NCBI GenBank assembly: GCA_945828315.1
Contig: CALZQA010000004.1
Coordinates: forward strand, 1,582 to 65,581
DNA from: an uncultured bacterium
GTDB lineage: Bacteria > Bacillota > Clostridia > Lachnospirales > Lachnospiraceae
Direction of reading: 5' to 3'
DNA: 64,000 nt
Shown one piece after another: positions 50,574-61,033 of the stretch. The notes under the pieces are model-generated. The model saw only the letters and a list, made by a program, of their open reading frames with translations. It did not search any database and had not been told where the DNA came from. Position 1 is the stretch's first letter. Each line of letters starts with the position of its first letter. The translations under genes were made by a program, and so were the position numbers.

Positions 50574-52013
50574 TTAGTATGCCTTGCCCCAGAAGACGAG
50601 CTTCTTGGCAGGCTTTCCGCAGCAGACGCATACGTCAGATATCTGCTCCTGCTCGAAAGGCATACAGCGTGAGGTTGCAGTCGTCTCTTCTTTGATCTTA
50701 TCCTCGCAAGCCTGATCACCGCACCACATGGCCCGGATGAATCCCGGCTTGTTCTCAACTGCATCCTTAAACTCATCATAAGTGGTCACATCGGTAATGT
50801 GTGCGTCGCGGTGTGCCTTTGCACGCGCAAACATATCCTGTTGGATCGTCTCTAACAGCTCCGGCAGCTTCGCAGCGACCTCATCCAGACTCATGACGAT
50901 CTTCTCTCTCGTATCACGGCGGACAACCACGCACTGACCAGCCTCGATATCTTTAGGTCCCAGCTCGATGCGAACGGGAATACCGCGCATCTCCTGCTCT
51001 GAAAATTTCCATCCGGGAGATTTGTCGGAATCATCCAGTCTCGCACGGATACCGTTGTTGTTAAGCGCCGCAAGCACTTCGTTTGCCTTGTCCAACACAC
51101 CCTCTGCCTGCTGGCGGATCGGGATGATCATTGCCTGAACCGGTGCAATGTGAGGCGGCAGCTTCAGACCGGAATCGTCGCCGTGTACCATGATGATCGC
51201 ACCGATCAGTCGTGTCGTCATACCCCATGAGGTCTGGAACGGATGTACAAGCTGATTGTTTTTATCTGTGTAAGTAATGTCAAAGGCCTTGGCAAATCCG
51301 TCACCAAAATTATGGCTTGTGCCGGACTGCAACGCTTTTCCGTCGTGCATGAGCGCTTCGATCGTATAAGTAGCCTCTGCACCGGCAAATTTTTCTTTCT
51401 CAGTCTTCTGTCCCTTGATGACAGGGATCGCCAGTTCATCCTCCAAAAAGTCCGCATACACGTTCAGCATCTGCAGGGTACGCTCCTGTGCCTCCTCCGC
51501 GGTTGCGTGGATCGTATGTCCTTCCTGCCACAAAAACTCACGGGAGCGGAGGAACGGTCTCGTCTCCTTTTCCCAACGTACCACCGAACACCACTGGTTA
51601 TAGTTCTTCGGCAGATCGCGGTATGAATGGATCAGGTTTTTATAAAAATCACAGAACAGTGTCTCGGATGTGGGACGCACGCACAGACGCTCCTGCAGCG
51701 GCTGCAGACCGCCGTGTGTCACCCATGCCACCTCCGGTGCAAATCCTTCCACATGATCTTTTTCCTTTTCTAACAGACTCTCGGGAATGAACATCGGCAT
51801 GTATACATTCTCCACGCCGGTCTCCTTAAAGCGGCGGTCAAGCTCCTTCTGGATATTCTCCCAGATGGCATAGCCTGCGGGCTTGATGATCATACAGCCC
51901 TTGACAGATGAGTAATCGATCAGTTCTGCCTTTTTTACGACATCCGTGTACCACTGCGCAAAATCTTCCTCCATGGAGGTGATCTGCTCCACTAACTTCT
52001 TTTCCTTTGCCAT
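50574..52013 (-). CDS. proS: proline--tRNA ligase, short archaeal/eukaryote-like type
   Basis: AAGGAG SD. 479 aa, so it lacks the large editing insertion of the long bacterial type. C-terminal Cys cluster [18 protein letters not shown]. Confidence 0.9.
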   Translation of the reverse strand: MAKEKKLVEQITSMEEDFAQWYTDVVKKAELIDYSSVKGCMIIKPAGYAIWENIQKELDRRFKETGVENVYMPMFIPESLLEKEKDHVEGFAPEVAWVTHGGLQPLQERLCVRPTSETLFCDFYKNLIHSYRDLPKNYNQWCSVVRWEKETRPFLRSREFLWQEGHTIHATAEEAQERTLQMLNVYADFLEDELAIPVIKGQKTEKEKFAGAEATYTIEALMHDGKALQSGTSHNFGDGFAKAFDITYTDKNNQLVHPFQTSWGMTTRLIGAIIMVHGDDSGLKLPPHIAPVQAMIIPIRQQAEGVLDKANEVLAALNNNGIRARLDDSDKSPGWKFSEQEMRGIPVRIELGPKDIEAGQCVVVRRDTREKIVMSLDEVAAKLPELLETIQQDMFARAKAHRDAHITDVTTYDEFKDAVENKPGFIRAMWCGDQACEDKIKEETTATSRCMPFEQEQISDVCVCCGKPAKKLVFWGKAY

Positions 52014-52024
52014 GATGATTCTCC

Positions 52025-52360
52025 TTTATATTTACGTGATTCCCCGTTGAGACGCATTCGCAAAATCGCCTTGCCTCTCAACCGTACAAAAAACCGCCGG
52101 AACAATCAATCCCTCATCACAGGGACCGATTCTCTCGGCGGTACCACCCTTGTTCATATATGTGACGCGATCCGTTCTCTCAGTCGGCGTCTGTACACCC
52201 TGATCTGACCGGTATTTCCTCTCACATACATACACTCGATTCGCCCTTAACGCGGACGCTACGTTGTGCTTCGCAGCCAACAGGCGCTCACACAAAGCTC
52301 CGAGGCAGGTTCGGGGACTCGTCACCGGAGATCTCTCAGCACTGATCTCCTCTCTGTAAG
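52025..52360 (-). promoter_or_regulatory. T-box leader (proline specifier CCU) with terminator
   Basis: Minus strand has Stem I elements AGAGAGG...GCTGAGAG. The specifier loop reads GAACCTG, with CCT at 52309-52307. T-box core is AAGGGTGGTACCGCCGAGAG (about 52130-52151). A long terminator hairpin ends CCGGCGGTTTTTT (about 52087-52145). Confidence 0.85.
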
Positions 52361-52554
52361 GCACGTTTGTTCCGTACTATTCCTCTTCGACGCTCATTTA
52401 TATAGGATTGTGTCCAGCTAGTGCCTATTTTATAACCGCGGAACGGGGATTGTCAACCTCAATTTCTGTATTTCAAAAACCGATTGTATTTTCCCCCTCA
52501 ATACGGTAAACTTAACCTTAACTTACATTATTTCACAGAGGAGGTCATGTACTT

Positions 52555-53676
52555 ATGGAAAAGGCACCTGTTTATTTCACCACATTCAAGGCAACAGAAC
52601 ATGAGAACCTGCTGCAGAAGCTTCACCGGCTCATGAAGACCGCGGGCTTTGAGCAGATCGATTTCAAAGATAAATACGCTGCGATCAAGATCCACTTTGG
52701 CGAGTACGGCAATCTGTCCTTCCTGCGCCCCAACTACGCGAAAGTAGTTGCGGACTACGTGAAGGAACTGGGCGGCAAGCCGTTTCTGACCGACTGCAAC
52801 ACGCTGTATGTGGGCAGCCGCAAAAATGCGCTGGATCATCTGGACACCGCTTACGTGAACGGTTTTTCTCCGCTACAGACCGGCTGTCACGTGCTGATCG
52901 CGGACGGTTTAAAGGGAACCGATGAAGTAAAAGTTCCGATCAATGGAGATTACGTGACCGAGGCAAAGATCGGCCGCGCCATCATGGATGCGGATATCTT
53001 TATTTCCCTGACACACTTTAAGGGCCACGAAGCCACCGGTTTCGGCGGCACCATGAAAAATATCGGTATGGGCTGCGGTTCCTGCGAAGGAAAAAAGGAG
53101 CAGCACTGTGACGGCAGACCCAGCGTTGCCCGCCCCGAAGACTGTATCGGCTGCGGTGCCTGTGCACGCATCTGTGCCCATGATGCACCGGTCATCGCTA
53201 ATGGGAAAGCAACGATCGATCACAACAAATGTGTCGGCTGCGAGCGCTGTATCGCCACCTGTCCGAAGCATGCGATCGCAACGGATTCTGCCGATGCCGT
53301 CACCATGTTAAACTACAAGATCGCAGAGTATTCTCTGGCTGTCTGCCAGAACCGTCCCTGCTTCCACGTATCACTCATCTGCGACGTGTCACCAAACTGC
53401 GACTGCCACGCGGAGAACGATATCCCCATCATCCCGAATGTGGGTATGCTGGCTTCTTTTGATCCGGTGGCTCTGGATCAGGCCTGCGCGGATCTGTGCA
53501 ACCAGCAGACACCGATTCCGGCAAGTATCCTCGGGGAAAATATTGAAAAGTACGGAAACGAGGAAGGTCACGACCACTTCCACATGACCCATCCCGACAC
53601 CGAATGGAGATCCTGCATCGAGCACGCAGTCAAGATCGGTTTGGGCACGAATGAGTACGATTTGATCACTATTTAA
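52555..53676 (+). CDS. DUF362 domain protein with two 4Fe-4S ferredoxin motifs
   Basis: GGAGG sits 10 nt upstream. The N-terminus is DUF362-like (VYFTTFKATEHENLL..., KIHFGEYGN). Cluster motifs CIGCGACARIC and CVGCERCIATCP. Confidence 0.7.
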   Translation: MEKAPVYFTTFKATEHENLLQKLHRLMKTAGFEQIDFKDKYAAIKIHFGEYGNLSFLRPNYAKVVADYVKELGGKPFLTDCNTLYVGSRKNALDHLDTAYVNGFSPLQTGCHVLIADGLKGTDEVKVPINGDYVTEAKIGRAIMDADIFISLTHFKGHEATGFGGTMKNIGMGCGSCEGKKEQHCDGRPSVARPEDCIGCGACARICAHDAPVIANGKATIDHNKCVGCERCIATCPKHAIATDSADAVTMLNYKIAEYSLAVCQNRPCFHVSLICDVSPNCDCHAENDIPIIPNVGMLASFDPVALDQACADLCNQQTPIPASILGENIEKYGNEEGHDHFHMTHPDTEWRSCIEHAVKIGLGTNEYDLITI

Positions 53677-54347
53677 GTGATCATGCCAACGAATCCTGCC
53701 CCGGTGGGCTTTGTATGAAATTCCATGACCTCTCCGGTGCGCGGATGCATAAACGTCAGCCGGCAGCTGCAGAGCGCCAACGGCTGACCGGTCTGAGCGC
53801 TTCCATATTTCGCATCCCCCAGGAGCGGATATCCGATGGCGGCAAACTGCACACGGATCTGATGATGCCTGCCCGTATCCAGCCGGATACGCAGCAGGCT
53901 TTTTTCATCTGCCGTGGCAAGACGCTCATAGGAAAGTCTCGCCTCTTTTCCCCCGGCGGTTCCTGCAGCTACCACCGCAGAGGTGTTTGTCCGCCCATCT
54001 TTTTTTAACGCATGTACCAGCGTGCCGGATGCCTCCGTCACACCGGTCACCACTGCCAGATATTCCTTTGCGAAATCACCCCCGCGAAGCCCGGCGCTTA
54101 AAGATGCTGCCGCCTCCTTTGTCTTTGCCAGCACCAGCAGCCCTTCCACAGGCTGATCCAGCCGGTGCACAACGCCTATAAACGCCGCTTCTCCTTTTGA
54201 TACCCGGCGGTTTATCAGCAGACTCACCAGATCCTGCTGCCTCGGATCTCTCGTTTCCACCGCCAGAAAGGGCGGCTTGTGCACAACGATCACCTCCGCG
54301 TCCTCATAGCATATCATCCACTCCATCTGCTGTCTCGTCACTCTCAT
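53673..54347 (-). CDS. RluA-family pseudouridine synthase
   Basis: Start set at MRVTRQQ (AGGAGG 6 nt upstream). Motifs VVHRLDQPVEGLLVLAK and GRHHQIRVQFA. The 5' end overlaps the 3' end of ytvI. Confidence 0.8.
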   Translation of the reverse strand: MRVTRQQMEWMICYEDAEVIVVHKPPFLAVETRDPRQQDLVSLLINRRVSKGEAAFIGVVHRLDQPVEGLLVLAKTKEAAASLSAGLRGGDFAKEYLAVVTGVTEASGTLVHALKKDGRTNTSAVVAAGTAGGKEARLSYERLATADEKSLLRIRLDTGRHHQIRVQFAAIGYPLLGDAKYGSAQTGQPLALCSCRLTFMHPRTGEVMEFHTKPTGAGFVGMIT

Positions 54348-55464
54348 TTGCATCCTCCTTTGCCACATCGTCACTGTACAGCTGCCAGATCAAAAACGCG
54401 CTGATGGGTCCAAGCAAAAAGCCTCCTCTGGAATACACCTTAATGCCCACATAGACACTGATCAGCACCGCCAGCGGCGGCACACCGATCTTTTTTCCGA
54501 TCAGCTTCGGCTCCAGACTCTGTCTGGCAAAGCTGGTAATGATATACAGCGCGACAAACCACAGCGCCGATACATACCGCCCGCTCAAAAGGCGCCACAG
54601 CGCCCAGGGCAGAAAACAGATCCCGGTGCCCAGAAATGGCAGCGCGTCACAGATGCCGATCGCCACTCCGATCAGCAGCCAGTAGCGCTCCCGCGCTACC
54701 AATAGCCCAAGCACACAGATGCCGGTAATGGTGCCGATGATGATCATCTGTGCCTTGACGTAAGTCCATCCCACCTTCCGCATCGTCAATCCGAAACCGG
54801 CATGAAACAGCCGCTTTGCAATGCGTCCCGTTGTTCTTTTCAACTCATCAAACTCACCGAGCATGAGCAGCGCGCTCACGATGGTGACCAGCACATAGGC
54901 AAGTCCCCGCAGTGTCTGCGTGCCCACATGCTTCCAGTTGGACATCAGCGCATCTGCATCAAAATGAAGGCTGCGCTTTTGCACCGTGTCCACAAAGATG
55001 CTGTAGTCCTCCGGCTCCATCACCCAACGCCCCGTCCATGTGTGCAGACGGTCACAGCACGTGTTCCACATGGTGCGCCCCTGTGAAAACAACGCGTCCG
55101 GCAGACCGCATTTTCCCGCATAGCTGCCGCCCAGCACCAGCAGGTACAGAATCCCCCCTGCGATCAGTACCGCAACACAGATGCCGACAAACAGCGCCAC
55201 GAAACCTGCCGCTTCCCGTTTCAGATGCAGCCTGCGCTGGAGCCATCTGCGTAGCGGATACAGCGCAAACGCGATCACAAAGCCTATACAAAAAGGGAAT
55301 ACCACCGGCAGTAAATATTCCATCATCACATACACAGCCAGGGTAATCCCTATCAGTCTGATCCATTGATACCATTTGAAAATATTTCCGTTTTGATTTC
55401 TTTCGTCCATACCTGTAGTATGTACGCTGCGCGAAAGAATCTCTCTGGAAGTTCTATCCGCCAT
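54304..55464 (-). CDS. ytvI: AI-2E family transporter / sporulation integral membrane protein YtvI-like
   Basis: Polytopic membrane protein with the ...ICDALPFLGTGICFLPWAL... segment typical of UPF0118/AI-2E. Start uncertain (ATG 55464 or 55410, neither with a strong SD). Confidence 0.6.
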   Translation of the reverse strand: MADRTSREILSRSVHTTGMDERNQNGNIFKWYQWIRLIGITLAVYVMMEYLLPVVFPFCIGFVIAFALYPLRRWLQRRLHLKREAAGFVALFVGICVAVLIAGGILYLLVLGGSYAGKCGLPDALFSQGRTMWNTCCDRLHTWTGRWVMEPEDYSIFVDTVQKRSLHFDADALMSNWKHVGTQTLRGLAYVLVTIVSALLMLGEFDELKRTTGRIAKRLFHAGFGLTMRKVGWTYVKAQMIIIGTITGICVLGLLVARERYWLLIGVAIGICDALPFLGTGICFLPWALWRLLSGRYVSALWFVALYIITSFARQSLEPKLIGKKIGVPPLAVLISVYVGIKVYSRGGFLLGPISAFLIWQLYSDDVAKEDANESDETADGVDDML

Positions 55465-55497
55465 TATATATGTACAGCCGAAATCAATGGTTTTCCA

Positions 55498-55860
55498 TTA
55501 TTTTCCGATCACAGCCTCCACACCGGAGATCATGCGTGATGCTTCCAGCGGTTTTGCCATAAAGCCCGACGCTCCCAGCGCTCCGCCCTTTTCACATGTT
55601 TCCGGGCTGACATCTGCCGTCAAAAAGATGACCGGAATATCGATCCATTCCTCATGGGTACGTATCTCTCGCATCACTTCAAAGCCATCCATCTCCGGCA
55701 TCAGGACATCCAAAAGGATCAGATCCGGAATGTTCTTTGAAAGATAATTTAACGCCATCTTTCCGGACGGTACCGGAATCACCTTGTATGTCGGTGATAA
55801 GATCTTCAATGCATTGTTCAGATTTAATTTGTCATCGTCTACAACCAGTATTGTCTTCAT
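55498..55860 (-). CDS. single-domain (CheY-like) response regulator
   Basis: AGGAGGG SD. Motifs ILVVDDDKLN, LILLDVLMPEMDGFEV, PVIFLTAD and GFMAKP. 120 aa with no output domain. Confidence 0.85.
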   Translation of the reverse strand: MKTILVVDDDKLNLNNALKILSPTYKVIPVPSGKMALNYLSKNIPDLILLDVLMPEMDGFEVMREIRTHEEWIDIPVIFLTADVSPETCEKGGALGASGFMAKPLEASRMISGVEAVIGK

Positions 55861-55920
55861 CCTCTGTCCCTCCTGTCAAAATGCAACCGTTTTGAACTGC
55901 TTCTCACAAACCTGTCACTC

Positions 55921-56610
55921 TTACAGCTTAAATCTGTAACCCACTCCCCAGATCGTTTCGATATACTGCGGTTTTGCCGTGTTGTACTCGATCTTTTCGC
56001 GGATCTTTTTGATGTGCACCGTCACAGTGGCGATATCTCCCTCCGGTTCCATTTCCCAAATTGTACTAAATAATTCTTCTTTTGAAAAGACCCGATTGGG
56101 ATTTTCCGCAAGAAACGTCAGCAGGTCAAACTCCTTGGAGGTGAAGGATTTCTCCTCGTCGTTCACCCAGACACGCCGCGCCTTCTTGTCGATCCGGATA
56201 CCCCGGATCTTGATCTCATCATTTTTCGCCTGATCCGATGAAGTCAGCGTCTCATAGCGTGCCAGATGTGCCTTGACACGTGCCACCAGTTCGCTGGGAG
56301 AGAAAGGTTTTGTGATGTAATCATCTGCCCCAAGTCCCAGACCGCGGATCTTATCAATGTCATCCTTCTTTGCGGAAACCATGAGGATCGGAACATTTTT
56401 CTCGCGCCGGATCTCCCTGCATATATCAAATCCGTCCATATCGGGCAGCATTAAATCCAGAATAAACATATCAAAATCTTCTTCCAGTGCCCGTTTCAGC
56501 CCTTCGCGGCCGTTCTCCTCAATCTGCACTTCAAAATCGCTCAGCTCCAGATAATCTTTCTCCAGCTCTGCAATGGATGTCTCATCCTCAATGATCAGTA
56601 TTTTCTTCAT
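55921..56610 (-). CDS. OmpR-family DNA-binding response regulator
   Basis: AGGAGG SD. Receiver motifs ILIIEDE and FILDLMLPDMDG. Winged-helix C-terminus ...YIETIWGVGYRFKL. Confidence 0.9.
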   Translation of the reverse strand: MKKILIIEDETSIAELEKDYLELSDFEVQIEENGREGLKRALEEDFDMFILDLMLPDMDGFDICREIRREKNVPILMVSAKKDDIDKIRGLGLGADDYITKPFSPSELVARVKAHLARYETLTSSDQAKNDEIKIRGIRIDKKARRVWVNDEEKSFTSKEFDLLTFLAENPNRVFSKEELFSTIWEMEPEGDIATVTVHIKKIREKIEYNTAKPQYIETIWGVGYRFKL

Positions 56611-56619
56611 CTCTGCCTC

Positions 56620-58125
56620 CTATTCTGCGGTTTCTTCCACCGGCGGTTCCGCCACTTGATATTTACGGATCACGAAATACATGATCGTACCGATACCGAG
56701 CTTCGAGGTCGCCCATATTTTTCCGCCGTGATCCTCGATGATCTTTTTCACGATTGACAACCCGATACCGCTGCCGCCGGTTGCGGAGTTGCGCGATGCA
56801 TCCGCCCGGTAAAAGCGATCGAAAATGTACGGAAGATCCTTTGCTGCAATGCCACGCCCGTTGTCTTCGATCTCAACCTGTATAAAATCTCCCACATCCT
56901 TGATCCGCATGTGGATCAGCCCCTGTGGTTTGTCCAGGTACTTCAGTGTATTGCTGATGATGTTATTGATCACACGCCCCAGCTGCTCCGGGTCTGCGAT
57001 GATCACCACATCGTCCGCCACATAGTTCATGTACTGGAGAAGCACATTTTTGGACTCCAGCTCCATGGACAGATCCTCCACGCAGTCCCTGAAGTAATTT
57101 GCCACATTGATCTTGTTAAAATTGTACGGGATGCGGTTCGTGTTGATCTGGGAATAGAGTGTCAGCTCATTGACCAGACGCGTCATCTCATTTGTCTTGC
57201 TATAGATCGTCTTAATGTAATGATCCATTTTTTCCGGCGTGTCGGCAACACCGTCCATGATGCCCTCCACGTAGCCGCGGATCGTAGTCAGCGGCGTTTT
57301 CAGATCATGGGAGATGTTGCTGATGAGCTCACGGTTTTGCTTTTCGTTGTTCAAGCGCTCTTCGGAATAATCCTTTAAGCGTTTTCGCATTTCCTCAAAG
57401 TTCTTGCAGAGTTCTCCGATCTCATCATTGGTCTCCGCTTCTATCGTGAAGTCCAGATTATCCTCCATGATGTTTTTTGTTGCGATCTGCAGCCTGCGGA
57501 TGGGATTGATCATACCGCTGTAGATCCAGATCGCCAGCATACTGGCGGTAAAGATCAGAATCAGCACCACGGAAACCATCATATCAATGATCATCTTTTT
57601 CATTTCAGGAATCATTTCCCGCACATTACTGACAATGAACGCACTGCCCTCCGCTCCGTCGGAAAAACGGAAATCCACCTGCTTGATCAGCGCATGGTCT
57701 GCATTATCCACATAGACCCCCAGATCCTGCTCACTGCTGTCACCCACATACTCGGGCAGATATGCCGGAACCGTGTGCCCTTTCTCGCCGCCAAGGAAAT
57801 AGATCTCATCATCTTTTCGGACGATCAGGTAGGAATTTTTGTCTGCCAGCGCCTCGTCCACTTCCTTCAGATAAGTCACATCCTCCAACTGCTCCGGATT
57901 GGTGTCTGCCAGCTCCAGAAGATTCTCAAAATTTTCCTCCGTATAACGGTTCAGCAATTGTACCGTATTCAAAAGATATGTGTAATCCGTCGCTTCTATC
58001 CCGTAGTTTTCCTGCAGTTCTTTCATCTGAATATGGCGAAAGCTGCAGAATGCGATTCCCACAAGCACGATCGGGACAAAAATGATCGTGCAAAAAGCGA
58101 TCAATAGTCTTGTTCGTTGTTTCAT
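56620..58125 (-). CDS. sensor histidine kinase (2 TM, HAMP, HisKA, HATPase)
   Basis: H-box SHDLKTPLTTIRGY. ATPase boxes DNGRGI and GGSGIGLSIVKKI. Confidence 0.9.
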   Translation of the reverse strand: MKQRTRLLIAFCTIIFVPIVLVGIAFCSFRHIQMKELQENYGIEATDYTYLLNTVQLLNRYTEENFENLLELADTNPEQLEDVTYLKEVDEALADKNSYLIVRKDDEIYFLGGEKGHTVPAYLPEYVGDSSEQDLGVYVDNADHALIKQVDFRFSDGAEGSAFIVSNVREMIPEMKKMIIDMMVSVVLILIFTASMLAIWIYSGMINPIRRLQIATKNIMEDNLDFTIEAETNDEIGELCKNFEEMRKRLKDYSEERLNNEKQNRELISNISHDLKTPLTTIRGYVEGIMDGVADTPEKMDHYIKTIYSKTNEMTRLVNELTLYSQINTNRIPYNFNKINVANYFRDCVEDLSMELESKNVLLQYMNYVADDVVIIADPEQLGRVINNIISNTLKYLDKPQGLIHMRIKDVGDFIQVEIEDNGRGIAAKDLPYIFDRFYRADASRNSATGGSGIGLSIVKKIIEDHGGKIWATSKLGIGTIMYFVIRKYQVAEPPVEETAE

Positions 58126-58142
58126 CTCGCGGTTACTCCGTC

Positions 58143-58178
58143 AAAAAAAATAGGATTGGCATGTTATGCCAATCCTAT
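58143..58178 (-). terminator. rho-independent terminator of metK
   Basis: Minus strand reads ATAGGATTGGCAT-AAC-ATGCCAATCCTAT (13-bp perfect stem) followed by TTTTTTTT. Confidence 0.9.
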
Positions 58179-58213
58179 TATAGCATGATTTCACGCAAAC
58201 ATTTCTTAAAATT

Positions 58214-59395
58214 TTATAAATAAGCCTTTAACGCCTCTACCTTATCAAGTGCCTCCCAGGGCAGATCCAGATCGGTTCTTCCGAAATGTCCGTAAGCTGC
58301 GGTCTGCTTGTAGATCGGTCTGCGCAGATCCAGCATCTTGATGATGCCTGCCGGACGCAGATCAAAGTTCTCGCGCACGATCTCAACCAGCTTGTCATCT
58401 GCCAGCTTTCCTGTGCCGAAAGTATCTACCATGATGGAAGTCGGCTGTGCCACACCGATCGCATAGGACAGCTGGATCTCACACTTGTCAGCCAGTCCTG
58501 CTGCAACCAGATTCTTTGCAACGTAGCGGGCTGCATATGCTGCGGATCGATCCACCTTTGTGCAGTCCTTTCCGGAAAATGCGCCGCCGCCGTGGCGTGC
58601 ATATCCGCCATAGGTGTCAACGATGATCTTCCGGCCGGTAAGACCTGCGTCACCGTGGGGTCCTCCGATGACAAAACGACCGGTGGGGTTGATGAAGAAC
58701 TTGGTCTTCTCATCGATCAGCTCGACAGGCAGAACCGGATCAAATACATATTTTTTGATATCCTCATGGATCTGCTCCTGCGTCACATCTTCGTCGTGCT
58801 GCGTAGACAGTACGACTGCCTCCAGGCGCTTCGGCTTTCCATTCTCATCATACTCTACGGATACCTGTGTCTTTCCATCGGGACGCAGGTATTTTAATGT
58901 GCCGTCCTTGCGCACATTTGTCAGCTGTAATGCCAGCTTATGAGCCAGCGAGATCGGGTAAGGCATATATTCCTCCGTCTCATTGGTCGCATAACCGAAC
59001 ATCATTCCCTGATCGCCGGCTCCGGTATCAAGGTCATCTGTCAGGTCTCCTTTTTTTGCCTCCAGCGCCTTATCAACGCCCATGGCGATATCTGCAGACT
59101 GCTGGTCGAGAGCAACCATCACTGCACAGGTATTTCCATCGAATCCGGTTTTTGCATCATTATAGCCGATCTCATTCACCGTCTGGCGAACGATCGCCGG
59201 GATATCCAGATGTGCCTTGGTTGTGATCTCTCCGGTCACCAGCACAAAACCGGTACAACATGCGGTCTCACATGCCACACGGCTCATCGGATCTTCTGAC
59301 ATACATGCATCAAGAATCGCATCAGACACTGCATCGCACACCTTGTCAGGATGTCCTTCTGTCACTGACTCGGAAGTGAATAATAATTTTTCCAT
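58214..59395 (-). CDS. metK: S-adenosylmethionine synthase
   Basis: Start set at [21 protein letters not shown] (AAGGAGG upstream). Motifs [12 protein letters not shown] and GGGAFSGKD. Confidence 0.95.
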   Translation of the reverse strand: MEKLLFTSESVTEGHPDKVCDAVSDAILDACMSEDPMSRVACETACCTGFVLVTGEITTKAHLDIPAIVRQTVNEIGYNDAKTGFDGNTCAVMVALDQQSADIAMGVDKALEAKKGDLTDDLDTGAGDQGMMFGYATNETEEYMPYPISLAHKLALQLTNVRKDGTLKYLRPDGKTQVSVEYDENGKPKRLEAVVLSTQHDEDVTQEQIHEDIKKYVFDPVLPVELIDEKTKFFINPTGRFVIGGPHGDAGLTGRKIIVDTYGGYARHGGGAFSGKDCTKVDRSAAYAARYVAKNLVAAGLADKCEIQLSYAIGVAQPTSIMVDTFGTGKLADDKLVEIVRENFDLRPAGIIKMLDLRRPIYKQTAAYGHFGRTDLDLPWEALDKVEALKAYL

Positions 59396-59451
59396 GCTCT
59401 GTTTCCTCCTTGGAATGATAAAATAACGATATGTTAAAAGTTGACATACAA

Positions 59452-59594
59452 TAAAAAAATCCGCTCCCAAATAAGCGGATTGATTGCAATATCAGATCCT
59501 CTTATTGTTCGATTTCTCGCTCAGGTTGGCACCTTCCAATCATGGGGTTGCCGTGACTTCACAGATCCTATGTATCTCCATCACTCTGAATAAG
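59452..59594 (-). promoter_or_regulatory. SAM-I (S-box) riboswitch with terminator, leader of metK
   Basis: Minus strand reads CTTATTCAGAGTGATGGAGATA...GGATCTGTGAAGTCACGGCAACC...GGTGCCAACCTGAGC...AACAATAAG (P1 pairs CTTATT with AATAAG, 59594-59501). Terminator follows: AATCCGC-TTATTTGGGA-GCGGATTTTTTT (about 59482-59452). Confidence 0.8.
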
Positions 59595-59773
59595 GGATTT
59601 TTTGTGGCTGCTCTGGACAGCTACCGATTTTCTATTGTCTGTTCGTTAATACCATACTCTATTTATAAGTGTAAGTCAATATATATTTCATCCGGTTTGT
59701 ATAGGTATTTTTACATATTTTATATATTCTTTCATTTTTTGCTTTATTTTTCTAAAATCTTACACTCAATTTA

Positions 59774-59802
59774 TTGACAAAATTTCCTTTTGTGCAGATA
59801 AT
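59774..59802 (+). promoter_or_regulatory. sigma-A promoter placed for a leaderless HD-GYP transcript
   Basis: TTGACA (59774-59779), a 17-nt spacer, then GATAAT (59797-59802). The ATG at 59809 lies 6 nt after the -10 element. Confidence 0.5.
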
Positions 59803-59808
59803 ACAATT

Positions 59809-60975
59809 ATGGAAAATATTAAACTATCAGATTTAAAGCCGGGCATGGTGACCGCCGAACCCGTAAAGACCAAAAGAGGGCAGGAGTTGATCCCTGCCGG
59901 TACAACTTTAACAAAACAGTTAATTTCACGCATGGAGTTCTACAGCATTGATTCAGCTTGCATTGATGAGACTTCGATTCTTACAGAGGAGGAGATTCAA
60001 GCCGCTTTGCAGGCAGCCATGGCACAAAAGCTAGGCCATTCGGCACCGGAAGTCAAGAAAGAAGAACCCCGGTCAGAAATCGCATCCCCTAAAAACGAGG
60101 TTGCTTATTCACAAAAAGTTAAGAGAAGCAAGTCATTTCAGGAATATTCGCTGCATTCAACAATGGTAACAAAAATGCTGAAGGATCAGCTGGAAGGATT
60201 TGTGTTTGACAAACAGCCGATGGATTTCGACGCCCTGTTAGCAGGTGTCAAATCTCTGATCACACCCGGACAGACAGTGATCCAGTATTTTGACATGCTT
60301 CACAATCTGCGTTCCAGCGATGACAGTGTATATTCTCATTCCCTGAACGTTGCGATGATCTCGCGGATCCTTGGCAAATGGCTCAAGTGGAGCAGTTCCG
60401 ATCTGGACAGCCTCGTTATTGCCGGTCTTTTGCATGATATCGGAAAGATCACGATCCCGCCTGAGATCCTGAACAAGGAGGGCAAGCTGACTGACGAAGA
60501 GTTTGAACAGATCCGCTGGCATCCCCGCGCAGGATATGACCTGATCAAGGATCTGAAGATCGATTCCCGCATCAAAAAAGCCGCTCTGCAGCATCATGAG
60601 CGCTGTGACGGCAGCGGCTATCCGATGAAAGTGGACGAGATCATGCTGGACGACTTTGCAATGGTTGTCGCTATCGCAGATGTATACGATGCCATGACCG
60701 CGGCTCGCAAATACCGCGCACCGCTCTGTCCGTTCCAGGTCATCCGGGAATTTGAACGCGATGGTTACCACAAGTATAAAACAGAGTTTCTGCTGACGTT
60801 CCTGCGGCGCATCGCAACGACCTATCAGAACAACCGCGTCATCTTAAGTGACGGTCAGGCGGCAAAGATCATTCTGCTCAACCAGAATTCTCTATCCGAG
60901 CCATTGGTACAGCTCAACGACGGTTCCTGCATCGATCTTGCTTCATCACCGTTGTACATACAGTCAATTGTTTAA
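59809..60975 (+). CDS. HD-GYP domain protein (putative c-di-GMP phosphodiesterase)
   Basis: Motifs HSLNVAM, LLHDIGKITIP and HHERCDGSGYP (HD...GYP). 388 aa. No SD upstream of the ATG. Confidence 0.8.
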   Translation: MENIKLSDLKPGMVTAEPVKTKRGQELIPAGTTLTKQLISRMEFYSIDSACIDETSILTEEEIQAALQAAMAQKLGHSAPEVKKEEPRSEIASPKNEVAYSQKVKRSKSFQEYSLHSTMVTKMLKDQLEGFVFDKQPMDFDALLAGVKSLITPGQTVIQYFDMLHNLRSSDDSVYSHSLNVAMISRILGKWLKWSSSDLDSLVIAGLLHDIGKITIPPEILNKEGKLTDEEFEQIRWHPRAGYDLIKDLKIDSRIKKAALQHHERCDGSGYPMKVDEIMLDDFAMVVAIADVYDAMTAARKYRAPLCPFQVIREFERDGYHKYKTEFLLTFLRRIATTYQNNRVILSDGQAAKIILLNQNSLSEPLVQLNDGSCIDLASSPLYIQSIV

Positions 60976-60985
60976 TTTTTCAATC

Positions 60986-61026
60986 AAAAACCCGCGTGGC
61001 ACTGCCACACGGGTTTCTTTTTTCTA
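60986..61026. terminator. bidirectional terminator between the HD-GYP gene and murA
   Basis: AAAAA, then ACCCGCGTGGCA / TGCCACACGGGT (12-bp stem, one G-U-type mismatch), then TTCTTTTTT. Confidence 0.8.
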
Positions 61027-61033
61027 TTTTATT